Assembly: GCA_002633005.1 (NCBI GenBank)
Contig: NMRA01000246.1
Location: forward strand, 425,856-489,855
Length of the DNA stretch: 64,000 nucleotides
Source: Phoronis australis
Taxonomy: Eukaryota > Animalia > Phoronida
Reading direction: 5' to 3'
Part shown: positions 62,072-64,000 of the stretch, piece by piece
Layout of the letters: each line of letters starts with the position of its first letter
Numbering within the stretch: position 1 is the first letter of the stretch
Notes under the pieces: generated by a model
Told to the model about the DNA's origin: nothing
Databases searched by the model: none
Seen by the model: only the letters and a program-made list of their open reading frames with translations
Translations under genes and position numbers: made by a program

Positions 62072-64000
62072 GTCTCATCATTTGTCAAAACGGCTTTCTT
62101 GGTCAAACCCACTCGCATCGTTAAACCGGCAAGGAATCTTACGTCTATAATTTAAAGAATAACAATGCCAACGGAAGTAAAATGGATAATGGATCGCACA
62201 AACACCTTCTCATACTCTATCAGTTGTTTATATTGGACCATGGGTTTTACAAATTGGGCATGTACAGCGCTATTTCACTGCAACTGATGTCGGATGGAGA
62301 CATTTTTCATAAACAGTGCATGATCAAGGATTTTTTAAGATTTCCTTATCTTTTTAAAATTGCCATTTATTGAACACCATTTACAATTATTCGTGACGTG
62401 TAAAATTGTGAAACATTTTGCCGTATTCGATCCTGCAGTTCAATTTATCTAGTGAAAATACTACGGATATACATGGATGTGACAGATTAACCTTGATGAA
62501 CAATAAAAAGAAATAGTGGTTGGAACATATCTGGTCCTGGTCCAGCAGTGAAAAGTCAGCATATGGTGGTATACTGGCTTGCCAGCAATAGGCCGGTGCC
62601 CGGCGTTTAGCAGGTACAGATAGTTTTGTTGATAAGCCGATACCAAAAAGCTGGCACTGGGCCAATGTCAAAAACCCGGCTCAAATCCGGTACTGTATTG
62701 CCAGTACTGTTACTGGTATCAGTCCAGCGCAGGTCAACAGGTACCCGGTACAAACGGTATAAAACATTACAAAACCAGCAACGGCCAGGTACACACTGGG
62801 AGCAAGAAAAAGAACAAATATTTTGGCGCCCGCACCAATTAAAACTATTTAGGCGGATTTAACTAGGAGACCCCGCATTGTGAGATCTATACCCGACGCC
62901 GGGCGTTTCTAAAATTCTGTCCACTGACAGGGAAGGGGCCAAGTAATTAAGTTGTCGAAGCACCAATTAAAGTGCTTATAACAGGTGTATAGCAGTGCTC
63001 ACCGGCTTAATTTTGGTTCACAGTCACGAGCCATACAGGTTCAATCACATATCCTAGCTAGTCTGACAGCTTTTTGTGAGGCATGTGAAAGACTAGGCCC
63101 GCGGCTAAATTAACATAGACCGAAGTGTACTGGAAATTCCATGAGCATAAATTTTATCAGAAATACAGTGCGCAAGATTACCTGCACGTTAGGACCTCTA
63201 GCTGCAGTTAGCAGTTCAGAACCTGCTCTTGGCTGATCGACTGAGACACGGAAATCATCCAAGGAAGGAATGTTAACTTAGCACTAATCCTGTTATTTGG
63301 CCTTAGAATCGCTCATTGAATCGGAACAATGGTGCTGATCAGGCAGTCTGCTTTCTGGTACGAGTTGGATTGCGTCACCACTCACACATCGGCAGAGGCG
63401 GAGTCACCGTGTGAGTGATGGACAGGCCCGGAATCGGGCAGTTTGTTTGTGGTTATTTTTGTGAATTGCATAGCACTGAAACTAGACAAAAGTTCAAGAA
63501 TTTTCAATTCAAACTGAGTTTTGATTGCTTCCACAAACACGTTTCATGAATTGACATGGTTGGTGAATAACTTTCAAACTTTCCTCGGTACACTGATTAC
63601 GTCTTGTCGATAGTATAGGCTCCCCCTGCATGCACGCGATTTTCCTTTCACTGAAGTTGTGCGGTAAGTTTCAATTGAGCGTCAGATTCGTTTCGATGAA
63701 TAACCTACACAAATTTCTAATGATTTCAATTTTAACCTTCTTAATTATTTGCCAAATTCAGTCCAATGCCTGGCCGCGTGACCAGCAAACATTAGCTTTA
63801 TGTGACTTTTCCATTACTTGCACTCTGAGTACTGGCTCCCGGGGCTACTTAGAATCGCCTGTGGTCAGTCTAATTATGTGTTTTGCCATTTTGAATCTGT
63901 TGTTGCTGTCTATATTGCATGAACTTGAAGTCATGAGAGAATGAAAAACCCAAAACAAATCATCGTGTGCCAACGCAGGACGAGTCAATAAGTCGGCTTA

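Noticed and set aside
57579-62075. Hammerhead ribozyme cores (CTGATGAG near 57580 and 62065)
   Set aside because: No stem II followed by GAAA and no flanking stems.

Overview
AT-rich, intron-rich genomic DNA, most likely from a marine invertebrate (inferred from gene and repeat content; no prokaryotic features). I reconstructed four complete spliced genes by hand and one partial gene. (1) First coding exon of a receptor guanylate cyclase (minus, runs leftward). (2) A divergent 10-exon tandem paralog of TXNDC5/ERp46 (minus, 13682-23385; active sites SGHY, CGHC and CGFC; ends KEEL). (3) Canonical 10-exon TXNDC5 (minus, 28118-38384; three CGHC; ends HDEL). (4) RPLP1, head-to-head with TXNDC5 (plus, 38876-44153). 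(5) A coiled-coil/GRIP protein resembling quick-to-court (minus, 52121-55972). The rest is LINE relics, MITEs and satellites. The most interesting signals are: a compact three-way RNA junction with a CUAAG linker in the RPLP1 5'UTR that resembles the 28S rRNA H42-44 stalk-binding site (possible eukaryotic analogue of the bacterial L10 leader); the remodelled TXNDC5 paralog; an L1/Tx1 insertion with a twin-priming-type 5' inversion and intact TSD; and strong enrichment of TACATGTA, which looks like Tc1/mariner excision footprints. All coordinates were counted by hand and no database searches were run.
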